Positions 1 through 11,567 are shown, counted from the first letter of the stretch. The stretch: 64,000 nt of DNA from Terriglobia bacterium (GCA_963664115.2 CAXWPJ010000012.1:525356-589355); one strand, 5' to 3'. Notes: generated by a model not told the origin, from the letters alone. Translations and numbers: made by a program.

Positions 1-1827
1 AGCCACTTCAGCACCACGGACCTGACGATCGCCTCGGTGTACGAGAACACGTTCTGCCCGGGCGGCCCATGTGGCGTCACCTACTGGCAACCCGATACGA
101 ACCAGTTCCGGTGCTACGGTTATTCCAGTGGAGCCATGACAGGTGTGGACATCAACCAGTCGGCCCCGGTCGTGACCGATGGCGGGGGGCAGGTCTTCCA
201 GCCCGGTGACACCTGGCTCTTCAAGAGCAGTTTCAGGTCGCTGGGCTCGGACCCGACACCAGGTTGCAGCGGCGCCTGCTCCCTCACCGTGCACTTCAAG
301 GGTACAGACAAATTCCGATCGTGGGAAGCCGGTACCGGCGTTCTGGGTGGGAAAGTGAACCAGGTGACGGGCGAGGTCTGGTATGCGGATCAGGGTCCGG
401 GTGTTGTGGGGCTTTTCAAGCCCCTGGACAATAAGGTTCTGCGCTGGGCCACGGGAGGCACGCCTCAGTTCATCGTGACGGACGACCTTGGCCGTGCTTA
501 TGTAACGAACGGAACACAGGATGCCGTTGTCCGCATCGATCCCATTACGAACGAAGTCAGGACCTGGGTTGCGCCCGGTCTTGGACTTCGAGGTAGCGCG
601 TCATTTTTCAACGCGGATGGAATTACGATCGACGCCGACGGCAACATCTGGTTCAGCGAAACCGATACAAGCCAGATTGCCCGTTTGAATCCCGTGAGCA
701 ACGAGATCTGCGAATACACGAATAGTGAGGTTGGCGAGCCACGTAAAATCGCGGTGTCCGGCAGCACTGTGGGCCTCGACAAGCAGGTATTTTTCACCAA
801 CGGCTTCAACGACGGCATTGGACCTGCGCCTGCCCCTCCTGCGCCTGCCTCTCCTGGCGCCGTTAGCATATTGACCGAGCCTGAAGCCGACTTGTTAGGT
901 GCGGCGAATCGTGTCTGCACACCAGTTACTCCGACGATTGCAACGATTGCTCCCACCTTGACGGACCTTCCTTTCTTCGATCGCCTTCAAACGGCGGCGG
1001 TCAAAGAGATTACGCCGACAACGGCCACGGTTACGGGAACCGACGGAGGCATAGCCGGAAGTGGGGCAACTGTGACCGATCCCGGCGGCCTTTCTATTCC
1101 GCCGATCCTTAGATTCGAGATTCCGAGTCCGCACTACAATCCGATCGGTATGACCGAGGTCGCGGCAGCGAGCACGGTTTTTGGTAGTTTGATCGGTTCG
1201 GACGATCAGTTCCAGATGACCAGCAGCGCCATCATCGCGCCGCCGACCGACACGGACACCGATGACGATGGTATCCCGGACGACGAAGATAACTGTCCGT
1301 TGACGCCAAACCCCTTGCAGGTGGACCTTGACGGGGATGGTGTCGGCGATGATTGTGATAATTGTCCCACGACAGCCAATGCGGACCAGTTGGATCTGGA
1401 TGGCGACGGCTTTGGCGACGATTGCGATCTGTGTAAATTCGATCCGGACAACGACGCCGATGGTGACTCAATTTGCGGAGATACTGACATCTGTGCGGCG
1501 ACGGCTATTCCCGAAAGCGTCCCGACAGACAGGCTGGGTACGAACCGATTCGCCCAGACCGACGCAAGCCCGGCATTCGAAACGACCGCGCCGAAGGGCG
1601 GTGGGAAGGGTCCGCGGAAGTCGTTCAGCATCGCCGATACCCGCGGATGCAGTTGCGAGCAGATCATCACGGTTCTGGATCTCGGCAACGGTCACACCAA
1701 GTTCGGCTGCAGTATCAGTGCGATGGAAGACTTTGTCGCCCTGGTGGATGCCGGCACCTTTGATGACAAGTTGGGTGGGGAAGAACTCACCTTGACCGAA
1801 TTGATGTTCTGCGCGGCCAGCCACTGA
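1..1827 (+). CDS. Secreted/surface protein with Vgb-like beta-propeller and thrombospondin type-3 Ca-binding repeats (5' end outside window)
   Basis: Frame is open from the window start. Shows GITIDADGNIWFSE-type propeller blades and DTDDDGIPDDEDNCP / DLDGDGVGDDCDNCP repeats. Confidence 0.7.
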   Translation, partial: SHFSTTDLTIASVYENTFCPGGPCGVTYWQPDTNQFRCYGYSSGAMTGVDINQSAPVVTDGGGQVFQPGDTWLFKSSFRSLGSDPTPGCSGACSLTVHFKGTDKFRSWEAGTGVLGGKVNQVTGEVWYADQGPGVVGLFKPLDNKVLRWATGGTPQFIVTDDLGRAYVTNGTQDAVVRIDPITNEVRTWVAPGLGLRGSASFFNADGITIDADGNIWFSETDTSQIARLNPVSNEICEYTNSEVGEPRKIAVSGSTVGLDKQVFFTNGFNDGIGPAPAPPAPASPGAVSILTEPEADLLGAANRVCTPVTPTIATIAPTLTDLPFFDRLQTAAVKEITPTTATVTGTDGGIAGSGATVTDPGGLSIPPILRFEIPSPHYNPIGMTEVAAASTVFGSLIGSDDQFQMTSSAIIAPPTDTDTDDDGIPDDEDNCPLTPNPLQVDLDGDGVGDDCDNCPTTANADQLDLDGDGFGDDCDLCKFDPDNDADGDSICGDTDICAATAIPESVPTDRLGTNRFAQTDASPAFETTAPKGGGKGPRKSFSIADTRGCSCEQIITVLDLGNGHTKFGCSISAMEDFVALVDAGTFDDKLGGEELTLTELMFCAASH

Positions 1828-1849
1828 CATTTTCGTTGGTTGGTTCGTG

Positions 1850-1901
1850 AAAAACAGGGGAGGGACGGGTTTTAGTCGGCCCGTGCTTCCCCTTTGTTTT
1901 C
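1850..1901 (+). terminator. Probable intrinsic terminator
   Basis: Long imperfect hairpin AAAACAGGGGAG...CTTCCCCTTTGTTTT after the stop codon. Confidence 0.5.
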
Positions 1902-1928
1902 GGTCGACGATTTCTTACGATCAAGGGC

Positions 1929-3284
1929 GTGATGAATTATTCCTCTAGAAACGTCGCCACCTCTCTGCAGGTGGTCGTTCTTTCAGTGTTAACGGTTTTT
2001 TTCGCGGGCAGTTCACTCATGCCGGCGAGCATGGGCCGGCAGGGGCCCGATCAAGTGGCCGCGCCGGTCCCCCCGTTCACCGCCCCCGTCCTCCTGATGG
2101 ACACGGAAAGCGCCGAACCCCTTCTGGAAGACCTGTCGGTGCGTTTCGTGGACGCCCGGGATCCATTCGAGTACCAGCGGGGCCACCTTCCCGGCGCTGT
2201 CAGTCTTCCGGTGAGCGCCTTTGTCAATACCGAGAGTCGTATCCGGGGCGAGTTGATGTCTGCCGAAAGGCTCGCTTTGCGAATCGCAGTACGCGGCATC
2301 GGCCGCGACGCGCACGTTGTCGTCTACGATGCCCAGGGAGGGCGCCTGGCGGCTCGCATCGTGTGGATACTTCATTACCTCGGGCATCCGCTCGTAAGTG
2401 TACTGGAGGGCGGTCTGACGAAATGGCAGGCCGAAGGGCGTCGGGTCACACAAGAAATCTTCCCTATCGAACGGGAATCCTTCCCCGTGGATCTTGTGCC
2501 GAGACGGATTGCGAACGCCGATTGGGTTCTGGATCACCTCGATGATCCGGATGTGGTCCTCATCGATGCGCGGACGGAAGATCTTTTTGACCGGGATCAT
2601 ATCCCGGGTGCCGTCAACCTGTTCTGGCAGCGTTTTCTGAATCCCGAGATGACGTGGTGGCAACCGACCGAGGTACTCGAGGCGATGCTGGAAGAGGCGG
2701 GTGTCACTAAGGACAAAGAAATCGTGATCTATTCGGAGATCGGTGAAACAAATGCGCTGCCCTACCTCGTCCTTCGAGCGATGGGTTACCCACGTGTCCG
2801 AAGTTACGAACGCGGTTGGGCCGAGTGGGAAACTGACGTGTCGCTTCCTCGCGCTGGAAAGGCGTCCCCTCCGGTGCAGCTCCTGCGTGCGGCTTTCCGC
2901 GCCAACCGGTGCGCGAACTGTCATCGATTGTTACCGCGGGCCGACTTCATGCGGCCGCGGCCGCGTGGTGAAATCCAAACGTGTTCCTCCGCCTGCCATA
3001 CGCTTCCCTCTTCTGCAGCTCCCAGTCAGCTTGTGTTCGAGGAGGCCGTGGCGTCTGCCAGGTCGGGAACCGGCTGTAGCTTGCTCATGGGCAAGATCGG
3101 AACGATGGCCACGATGGAACCCCATGCGGCGGAACTGGCGATGGACGCTTTTGTGGACCATGGGTGTGCGCGGTGTCACGAGACTGGGAGTGGGAATGCG
3201 ACCGACGCGAAGTTGAACGCGATCGGTCTGGGATTTCAGGACCAGAATCTGGATTGTCTGGACATGATGTTCGTAATGAATTGA
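1929..3284 (+). CDS. Tandem-domain rhodanese/sulfurtransferase fused to a C-terminal c-type heme domain, exported
   Basis: VDARDPFEYQRGHLPGA and IDART..DHIPGAVNL..YERGWAEW rhodanese motifs, N-terminal hydrophobic segment, and CANCH, CSSACH, CARCH motifs. Confidence 0.75.
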   Translation: MMNYSSRNVATSLQVVVLSVLTVFFAGSSLMPASMGRQGPDQVAAPVPPFTAPVLLMDTESAEPLLEDLSVRFVDARDPFEYQRGHLPGAVSLPVSAFVNTESRIRGELMSAERLALRIAVRGIGRDAHVVVYDAQGGRLAARIVWILHYLGHPLVSVLEGGLTKWQAEGRRVTQEIFPIERESFPVDLVPRRIANADWVLDHLDDPDVVLIDARTEDLFDRDHIPGAVNLFWQRFLNPEMTWWQPTEVLEAMLEEAGVTKDKEIVIYSEIGETNALPYLVLRAMGYPRVRSYERGWAEWETDVSLPRAGKASPPVQLLRAAFRANRCANCHRLLPRADFMRPRPRGEIQTCSSACHTLPSSAAPSQLVFEEAVASARSGTGCSLLMGKIGTMATMEPHAAELAMDAFVDHGCARCHETGSGNATDAKLNAIGLGFQDQNLDCLDMMFVMN

Positions 3285-3315
3285 CGCGAAGTAGAAAACG
3301 AGAGGAGATGGTAGG

Positions 3316-4329
3316 ATGACCGGCCTGAAGAATAGATTCTCCTGCGTGGCCTTGATCGCGTCTATGGTTCTTGCCACTACAGTTTCGATGCCGGCGAAGT
3401 CTTTCGCCCAAGGGGGATGTGGCGCCTTTTGTCTCCCTCAGGAACTGTTCAATCAGGGCGGGTCCGCTTCGGACTTCAGTCGGTTTCGGTTTCTCCTCAA
3501 CAACGAATACGTGGATCTGGACGGCTACTACGAGGGATCCGATCCGATCGCGAACCCCAGTCAAGCTGCCGCGATCATCAATATAACGACATTCGATGTG
3601 AACGTCGCATTGACCGAGCGATGGTCGGTTGATGCTCTTGTGCCGTGGATCCGGAAGACTCAGAACAATCGCCGTTTTGGACAGCGTCGTGCCGATGGTG
3701 TGGGTGATATTGCGATAATCAACAATATTTCACTGGTGGCTCCGCTCTCCGCCGACCGGATTTCCGTACGAGTGGGCCTTAAGTTCGCCACCGGGGACAT
3801 TGAAGAGCCCAGCGCGACCAATAAGCTGCCGAATCCGTTCCAGACGGGTTCCGGCGCTGAAGACTTCCTTGTCGGGTTGAACTATTTCCGGTCGCTGGGG
3901 CGTGTGCGCGTCTACGGAAATTGGATGTCCCGATTGCCGCTCACCGAGAACAAGTTCTATTACACATTTGGAAACGAGCATCGCATTCAGGGTGGAGTCG
4001 AGATTCCCCTGGCACAGACCACACGTGCAGGGTTTGAAGCACTCCTCGGAATTGCAACGAACTTCATGGGTCACGACCAGACTCAGAGTGGCGACGTTCC
4101 TGCGCGCTTGCTCGACGGAGAAACCGTGTTGAACACCGGAGGGAACTGGGTGGATTTCACGCCGGGACTTCGTGTGAATCTGGCAAGAGGGTGGTTTGCC
4201 CAGGGCCGGGTCCACATTCCGATGTACGAAGACTGGCATGGAGAGCGGTCCCGTGGTGTGGGCCAGGTTCGGCCTGGCAGCCGATTGCAATTGACGGTTG
4301 GCCTTGACCTCAGGCCGTCGCAACGTTAA
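3316..4329 (+). CDS. Outer-membrane beta-barrel 'transporter' (MetA-pathway/SphA-like)
   Basis: Signal peptide, GVGDI / GLKFATG / QTGSGA motifs, alternating beta strands, N-terminal CGAFC. Confidence 0.6.
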   Translation: MTGLKNRFSCVALIASMVLATTVSMPAKSFAQGGCGAFCLPQELFNQGGSASDFSRFRFLLNNEYVDLDGYYEGSDPIANPSQAAAIINITTFDVNVALTERWSVDALVPWIRKTQNNRRFGQRRADGVGDIAIINNISLVAPLSADRISVRVGLKFATGDIEEPSATNKLPNPFQTGSGAEDFLVGLNYFRSLGRVRVYGNWMSRLPLTENKFYYTFGNEHRIQGGVEIPLAQTTRAGFEALLGIATNFMGHDQTQSGDVPARLLDGETVLNTGGNWVDFTPGLRVNLARGWFAQGRVHIPMYEDWHGERSRGVGQVRPGSRLQLTVGLDLRPSQR

Positions 4330-4335
4330 GTAGGG

Positions 4336-5269
4336 GTGAGGGATATGCCTAGAGGTTCCGTTATGTGTATGGACAGGAATTGGAATACGTTGCTGTGGGG
4401 CCTTGTCCTGGCGCTTGTCGCACCTGTGCTTGCTTATGGCCAGGAGGCCCATATAGAAGACGCGTTCGGGATTGATGTGAATGCACCTGAACTCACCCCG
4501 GAGGAGATGCGGGCGGTCGAGTACCTCCAGGAAGATTGGGACAGGGAATTCAGAGTGACAGCTGTCGATCAGGCGATGGGCGCGGTGGGTTTGCCGCCGT
4601 CTGCGGAAACCCGATTTCGAATTGGCGATTATCTTCGAGCTCACCCGGAGACACACAAGGCCCTGAGGGACTGGGGATGGATGACGATCGTACTGACGCC
4701 GCACGAAAAATTGATTGCACGACTTACGATCGATGCAGAACGGACCGGAGGGGACTTTCCGAGTCTCACATATCTAGCTGATTTAATCGGAATTGAAGAG
4801 GGCGCAGTGTCTGACGGCTTCGCGATGCTCGAACGCTGGGGCATGCTGAAACGAGACGCGAGTTTGCCGGCCCCGGGGGTATCGTGCCACTTCCGAAAGC
4901 TATCTGAACTGGGAACCTCGCCTGGATTTTCTCTACCACACCGTCCAGCGCTCCGACGGAACAGCATTCAATATATTCTGTGCCGGTGACTTCATGATAC
5001 TGGCCGTAAACGAATTGTCTGAAGAGCGGCTGGTGATTGAGGATTCTTCGCTGCTTGACGGACGACCGATTCGTATCGAAATCGACCGGGGCGAACTTGT
5101 CAATCTCGAACCCCGGGCGACGGTGATCTTCCTGGGTGGTGGCTGAGGGTTTACGAACCTCTTCAGTTCTGAAGGGGCATTGAGACAGTGGCTCCTACGG
5201 AATCCCGACCTTGAGGAAATGCCGTTCTTTCCGGTCCAAAGAGTGTTCCAGTTTCTCTTGAACCCGTAA
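4336..5269 (+). CDS. MerB (organomercury lyase)-like protein, probable selenoprotein, with apparent +1 frameshift in G-run 4875-4879
   Basis: The second frame reads FNIFCAGD...GRPIRIEI...LEPRATVIFLGGG(TGA 5144-5146)GFTNLFSSEGALRQWLLRNP to TAA 5267-5269. A hairpin lies at 5158-5177. Confidence 0.55.
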
Positions 5270-5342
5270 GTTAGATTTAGACTTCAGAGGAACAACGGCT
5301 GTCCCGTTTCGGACGCCCAGCCGTTTGTGTCGTACGCCGCGC

Positions 5343-5588
5343 TTATCGACGACGAACTGGACTTGAACCGACAAGAGAAGTAACGGCGCCGTTGCCGTCA
5401 AGACGCTGCATGATGAAGCCCTCACCACCGAATAGTCCTGCGCCCAGCCGTCGCCGGAACGCAATGCCATTCGACACACCCTTCGCTGCGGCAAGAAACG
5501 TGTCCTTTTGCGTGATGAATTGGCCGGCGAACGTACCATCCCAAAATATATAGACCTCAATATTGATACTGCTACCGGCCTGTCGCAT
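5343..5588 (-). pseudogene. AIM24/TIGR00266-family fragment
   Basis: QKDTFLAAAKGV..GIAFRRRLGAGLFGGEGFIMQRLDGNG motif. Both ends are missing. Confidence 0.6.
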
Positions 5589-6188
5589 CGCCTTGAGTTC
5601 GGCGGGATAAAACGTTCCACCGTCGGTGAGTGTAGCCCGTCATGCGTCGGGTAATGGCACGGCTCACAGTGGCGCGGAAAATTGCCCCGATTCGTTAGTC
5701 ATGTGGAAGAAACGAGACCCGTTTAGTCCGAAGACACTGAACTGGGTGGCATAGCCGTTTCGAGACTTCTGCCGGCAGCGCGATGACTTCGACAGCTCGT
5801 CGTTGGTGCGTTTCGGATCAATACTTTCAAGGGTGAGGATCCGATAAGCGGTTGGCACACGGCTTTGGCCGAAGGCCCATCAAATACTTTACCCCCCCTC
5901 GCACGACCTGGAAAAGCGATAGCCCTCGAGGCTCAGATAGAACCGTGGTCGGCAACACACGACCCCATTGCGCTTTTCAGTTTCTCTAAACTCAACTACG
6001 TGGTGACCGTGGATCGAATTCTCTGCGACGCAGGATCAACAGTTAGTTTCAACGGAGACAGGGGCTCGCTGCCACACAGTATGTCGGCACTGGCGGCTCG
6101 TTCGGCGGAGAGCTGTTTTTCTTGACAACCCCTTCCATAGAACCGCTGATCCGCGATTCCAGCGTTGGACAATGTTGGTGATTTGGGA

Positions 6189-6221
6189 AAAAAGGCCTGC
6201 TTCGCAAGGAGCAGGCCTTTA
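6189..6221. terminator. Bidirectional intrinsic terminator
   Basis: AAAAGGCCTGCTTC-GCAA-GGAGCAGGCCTTTT. Confidence 0.7.
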
Positions 6222-6264
6222 TTGCCTTCATCTATAAACTACTGCGTACGGTATCACTCGCTTA

Positions 6265-7593
6265 TCAGTGAAAGTTACCACTCGCCAGATTGAACACATG
6301 TTTAAAGGGACCCATGTCAATATCGAACGTGCTGACAAACGATCCGGTGCCGTCGCCAAACATCACTCGGACATTGTGGTGTCGGATGGACAAGTCAAAA
6401 TTACTGAAAGCAAGATCCTTGATGCCATCTTCATTCCAATCGACCACGACAACTTCGTTAGGCGCTGTGCTAAGCGGTATAAAATCAGCCGGGTAGTCGG
6501 TGGCAACAAAGTTGCCCACGCCATCGTTGAGATGAACCACAACAAACGAAATACTGATTCCGTCATGGCTGACAGTCACGAGGTCCGCGTCGCCATCCCC
6601 GTCCAGGTCACTTGCGAGTTGCAAGAACTCACTCCGGGTGCCATTCGGAGTTGCAAGAACTCACTCCGGGTGCCAACGAGTGTGGGCGGTGTGAACGTGC
6701 CGTCTCCATTGCCCCAGAACAGACGGAGACTGCTGAAGCCTAGGGAGCCACTGGCAATATCAAGATTACCATCGCCGTTAAAGTCACCGACCTGAGCGCC
6801 GTTCGTACCAATGCCAATGTTAGTTGGACCTCCGAATGTACCTGAATTTACGCCCAAATTTTCGAAATAGCGTAACTCGTTGCAGCAGCCTACACCCGCG
6901 TGTGCCGCAAGGTCCACGTCGCCATCATTGTCGAAATCACCCGACGTGATGTCGCGCGACCCACCGACGTTGACATGTTGCTGAGACAAGGCGCCACCGG
7001 CCCCATCACCCAGTACAACTGTCAGATGGTGTGCGCGTGTGACTGCATAATCCACATTGCCGTCTCCGTTGAAATCGTCCACGGTCATGTCCCAGGCCCA
7101 GGAATTGGGAATTTCATTACACTCTCGATTCAATACACCTCCACCGGAGAGGTCAATGAAGAGATCTATGAAAGGTAGACCGGTAAAGATACCTGTCCCG
7201 TCATTGATGAAAGCCCTGATCTGTAGGTCGATTAAAGCTGAAGCAGGTCCGATTATCGCCCGCAAACATGACAACATAATCGTCTATGCCATCTTTGTTA
7301 ACGTCCACCACCCGGGTTTCCGCTGCGAAAAAATCCCCTGAGAAGGCCTGGGGAATGTTGCTGAAAACACCGCCAGACCCATCACCCAGAATGACACTCA
7401 AATCGTCAGCGCCCAGGTAATGGAAACCCCTGCCGGGACTCGCTACCAGGTCAGTCCCCACGACCTCACCAGAACCCGCACAGTGCGGATTCTTTTCCGG
7501 CGCCTTACCCTGGGAGACTTCGCAGGCCGGCACGGAGTGTTCATGACCCTTCGCTTTACCCTTCCCGTTTCCCTGTGCAAATGCCGTAGTAAC
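6265..7593 (-). pseudogene. FG-GAP/VCBS-repeat protein, frameshifted and 5'-truncated by IS
   Basis: DFNGDGNVDYAV, DFDNDGDVDLA and DLDGDGDADLV repeats are spread over three frames. A 28-bp duplication (6616-6643 / 6648-6675) shifts the frame. Confidence 0.7.
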
Positions 7594-8190
7594 TGTAGCC
7601 CGTCAGAGCATTTCGTACGAAATACCCTAAAAAACTAAGAGACACTTTTCTAATCAGAACGATCTGAAGGAGGATCGAATGAAAGAGAAAGTGTCGGCAG
7701 AGAATCGGGTACGAGAGATTCGTCGAAAGACGCGCAAGAAGTACTCGTCTGAGGAGAAAGTGCGGATCGTGTTGGAAGGGTTGCGAGGCGAAGAGAGCAT
7801 CGCAGAACCGTGCCGACGCGAAGGGATTCTGTCAAATCTGTATTACCGGTGGAGCAAGGACTTCCTGGAGGCCGGAAAGAAACGACTGGCCGGGGACACG
7901 AAGCGGGAAGCCACGTCGAGTGAAGTCACCGAATTGCGCCAGGAGAACGACCAGTTGAAGCAGGTGGTGGCCGAAATACTGCTGAAGAATCGTTTTCTAA
8001 AAAAAACGCTGAACGTAGTGGACTCCGAGAGCATCGATATATGAGGCAATCGGGATCTGAGAAGCTGGAGACGATCCGGCTGGTCGAAGACTCGGAGTTG
8101 TCGGTGACAGCGACCCTCCGGGAGCTGGGCGTCCCCCGCAGCACGTTCTACGGTTGGTATCGACGATACAAAGAGCGTGGCGCAGCCGGC
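7594..8190 (+). mobile_element. IS3-like element, left part only, cut by a second copy
   Basis: TGTAGCCCGTCAGAG left end, orfA 7679-8044 and the start of orfB, followed directly by a new left end at 8191. Confidence 0.9.
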
Positions 8191-9680
8191 TGTAGCCCGT
8201 CAGAGCATTTCGTACGAAATACCCTAAAAAACTAAGAGACACTTTTCTAATCAGAACGATCTGAAGGAGGATCGAATGAGTGAGAAAGTGTCGGCAGAGA
8301 ATCGGGTACGAGAGATTCGTCGAAAGACGCGCAAGAAGTACTCGTCTGAGGAGAAAGTGCGGATCGTGTTGGAAGGGTTGCGAGGCGAAGAGAGCATCGC
8401 AGAACTGTGCCGACGCGAAGGGATTCCGTCAAATCTGTATTACCGGTGGAGCAAGGACTTCCTGGAGGCGGGGAAGAAACGGCTGGCTGGGGACACGAAG
8501 CGGGAAGCGACATCGAGCGAAGTCACCGAGTTGCGGCAGGAAAACGATCAGTTGAAGCAGGTCGTGGCCGAAATACTGCTAAAGAATCGTTTTCTGAAAA
8601 AAACGTTGAACGTAACGGACTCCGAGAGCATCGATATATGAGGCAATCGGGATCTGAGAAGCTGGAGACGATCCGAGTGGTGGAAGACTCGGAGTTGTCG
8701 GTGACAGCGACCCTCCGGGAGCTGGGCGTCCCCCGCAGCACGTTCTACGGTTGGTATCGACGATACAAAGAGCGTGGCGCAGCCGGCTTGTTAGATCGGC
8801 ATTCCGGCCCCGGCTTCTGCTGGAACCGGATTCCGGGACCGGTGCGGGAACAGGTGGTCGAAACCGCGTTGAACCACCCGGAAGCCTCACCGCGGGAACT
8901 GGCCTGGCAGATCACCGACACCCAGGACTACTTCATCTCCGAATCCAGCGTGTATCGGATTCTGAAGAGATGCGACCTGATCACCAGTCCCGCATACATC
9001 GTGATGACGGCCAGCGATCACTTCCAGCAGCCAACCCGGCGTGTGAACGAACTCTGGCAAACTGATTTCACTTACTTCAGGGTCGTCGGTTGGGGTTGGT
9101 ACTACCTGTCGACCGTGCTGGACGATTACTCTCGCTACATCATCGCCTGGAAGCTCTTTCAAACCATGGCCGCATCTGACGTTCAGGACACGCTGGACGT
9201 TGCACTACAGGCGACAGATGTCGGACAAGTACAAGTCCGGCACCGACCGCGATTGTTGAGCGACAACGGCCCCTGCTACGTATCGCACGAACTCAAAGAC
9301 TATTTACAACGTCGTGGTATGGAACACACCCGGGGTGCGCCCTATCACCCGATGACACAGGGCAAGATCGAACGCTATCACCGTTCGATGAAGAACGTGG
9401 TCAAGTTGGAACACTACTATTATCCGTGGGAACTTGAGCAGGCGATCGCGCAATGGGTCGAACACTACAACCACCATCGGTATCACGAATCTCTGAACAA
9501 CGTGACACCGGCTGACGTGTTCTTCGGGAGGGATCAGCAGATCCTTGCACGTCGTGACCAGATCAAAAGAAAAACGCTGGCTCGACGCAAAATCGAGAAC
9601 CTTAGGATTGGAGTGGTATAACTTCAAAACCGTCTCTTAGCTAAATGGTCTTTTTGTCCGAATTATTCTGACGACGTACA
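8191..9680 (+). mobile_element. IS3-like element (1490 bp, TGT...ACA ends), orfA 8276-8641 plus DDE orfB to 9621
   Basis: Inverted ends TGTAGCCCGTCAGA / TCTGACGACGTACA, HTH orfA, A7 slippery run, and WQTDFT..LSDNG..GKIERYH integrase core. Confidence 0.95.
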
Positions 9681-10276
9681 TAGAGTTTGCAGTTGCGAAT
9701 CAGTTTTTGCTTATTGCCAACAAATTCGATCAAAACGTTTACGAGTTAATCTCAATGGCGAACTCCAACTATCCGCGTGGGACGATCGCGTCCCCCGGTC
9801 TTACGGCCGGTACGTGCTTGCGGAAGGACTTCGGAATGATCAACGAGCTCGTGCCAACGCCGGATCTGATGCTGTCCGCCTGGAAAGTCAACGAATACAT
9901 TCCCTATCATATAGTCGAGACCGCCTTGAACAAGACTGAACTGTATGGGAAACAAATCGCCGTGCTCGGCTATACGTACAAGAAGAATTCCGACGATACA
10001 AGGGACAGTCTCGTGCCGAAACTAATCCGATACATCGAACGCCAGACACCTAGTAACATTACGGTCTGCGAGCCCCACATAAAGTCTGATGCGATCGGCG
10101 AATATCTCAACGTCGATATGCCTAAGTGTCTCGAGTCCGCCGAAGTGATCTTCATCGCCGTCAATCACGACTGTTTCAGTGACCCCGCCGCTTTTCGCGG
10201 GATGGCACAGCCGGGAGCATGGGTGATCGATGTCTGGAATTGCCTTGGAACCGGGCATATAGTTCAACGAATTTGA
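9681..10276 (+). pseudogene. UDP-glucose/GDP-mannose dehydrogenase family, C-terminal half (5' removed at IS)
   Basis: PGLTAGTCLRKD and IAVLGYTYKKNSDDTRDS motifs. Confidence 0.8.
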
Positions 10277-10279
10277 CCA

Positions 10280-11269
10280 ATGACGACGATGCGCAAAGCG
10301 GTTGTGACTGGCGGGGGAGGGTTTATTGGTCGTTCTCTCGTACGGGTTCTAGCCTCCCGATTCCACGAGGTTGTTGCTCTCGACAACAACCAGCGAGGAT
10401 CACTTGATTCCGTAGACGACGCTGGGGGGAAGGTATCCCGCGTCGAGTGCGACGTTTTGAACCTGAGTGATGTGACGGATCTGTTGCGAGACGTAGACCA
10501 TGTTTATCACCTAGCGAGCGTGAACGGCACGGAAAATTTCTACAAAGATCCTGCGCGCGTGCTTGAGGTAGCCATTCTTGGCACACACAACGTGCTGAGG
10601 GCATGCATTGAGAACGCCGTAGGTTCGATATGCATAACTTCAACGTCGGATGAGGGCGAGGTCTACAATTTTCCATCCGTGATTCCGACACCGGAAACCG
10701 TTGAGTGTCGAATACCGGATATGTCCAATCCTCGTTTCTCGTATGCAGGGGGTAAAATCGCTGCTGAACTAATGACGATTAACTATCTCCGGGACACTGG
10801 CATCAAATACACGATCGTCAGACCACACAACGTGTACGGCCCCAACATGGGATTCGAACATGTAATTCCAAACATCGTTCAAAAACTCTTTCTCGCGAAA
10901 CGCAACAATGGGTCGGGGCCGTTGCGAATCGACATTCAGGGCTCAGGGAAGGAAACCCGCGCGTTTATCTTCGTTGATGATGCCGTCCGTGCCATCGCAC
11001 TCTGTTCACTGCCCGAACATCCGACCGGCATCTATCACATCGGAACGGAAAACGAGATTTCCGTCGTCGAACTTGTCCAGCAGATAGGTATTGCGCTCGG
11101 AGTCGACGTCGATGTCAGAGGCGGTATGCTTACAGAAGGCAGTCCGTTACGGCGCTGTCCGGACACGCAAAAGTTACGCTCCTTGGGTTTTGAGCCCGCA
11201 ACCTCAATGCTGGAAGGACTAAGGCAAACGGTCACTTGGTACTGGCGCTACTACTCGTCAGGGCATTGA
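10280..11269 (+). CDS. NAD-dependent epimerase/dehydratase
   Basis: TGGGGFIG, YAGGK, RPHNVYGP and ETRAFIFVDD motifs. Confidence 0.9.
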   Translation: MTTMRKAVVTGGGGFIGRSLVRVLASRFHEVVALDNNQRGSLDSVDDAGGKVSRVECDVLNLSDVTDLLRDVDHVYHLASVNGTENFYKDPARVLEVAILGTHNVLRACIENAVGSICITSTSDEGEVYNFPSVIPTPETVECRIPDMSNPRFSYAGGKIAAELMTINYLRDTGIKYTIVRPHNVYGPNMGFEHVIPNIVQKLFLAKRNNGSGPLRIDIQGSGKETRAFIFVDDAVRAIALCSLPEHPTGIYHIGTENEISVVELVQQIGIALGVDVDVRGGMLTEGSPLRRCPDTQKLRSLGFEPATSMLEGLRQTVTWYWRYYSSGH

Positions 11270-11567
11270 CAGTCACGCGACCGAAAATCGCAATTCATCA
11301 CACACGTGAATGCTCACCATTGCTGACCGCCGACAGGAAAGAAAGCCTTCCTTGCAAGCCATGTGCTCTGACGGGATACAGTTCTCTTCTCATCTTTCGG
11401 CAGCTATAGGGAATACCTCGCAGGCCGTCGCACTATCGGAAAGGGCAGAAGGAGCGTCTGCTTGCCGGTCCATGCAGGGGATTTCTCGTGCCGCAGTTGT
11501 AGAGAGGCACACGGAGATGTAGAGACGTTCGGCAGGACCAACATTGGAACGACTCCGAAAATTCGAA

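Noticed and set aside
5631-5641. TGTAGCCCGTC as another IS3-like end (also 60577)
   Set aside because: Only 11 bp match at 5631. The copy at 60577 is part of the IS630 inverted repeat.
8407-8640. 404-aa ORF start (also 16196) as a real N-terminus
   Set aside because: It is the open frame overlapping orfA and is closed in the 29810 and 46254 copies. The transposase is more likely made by frameshift at the A7 run or from the downstream ATG.
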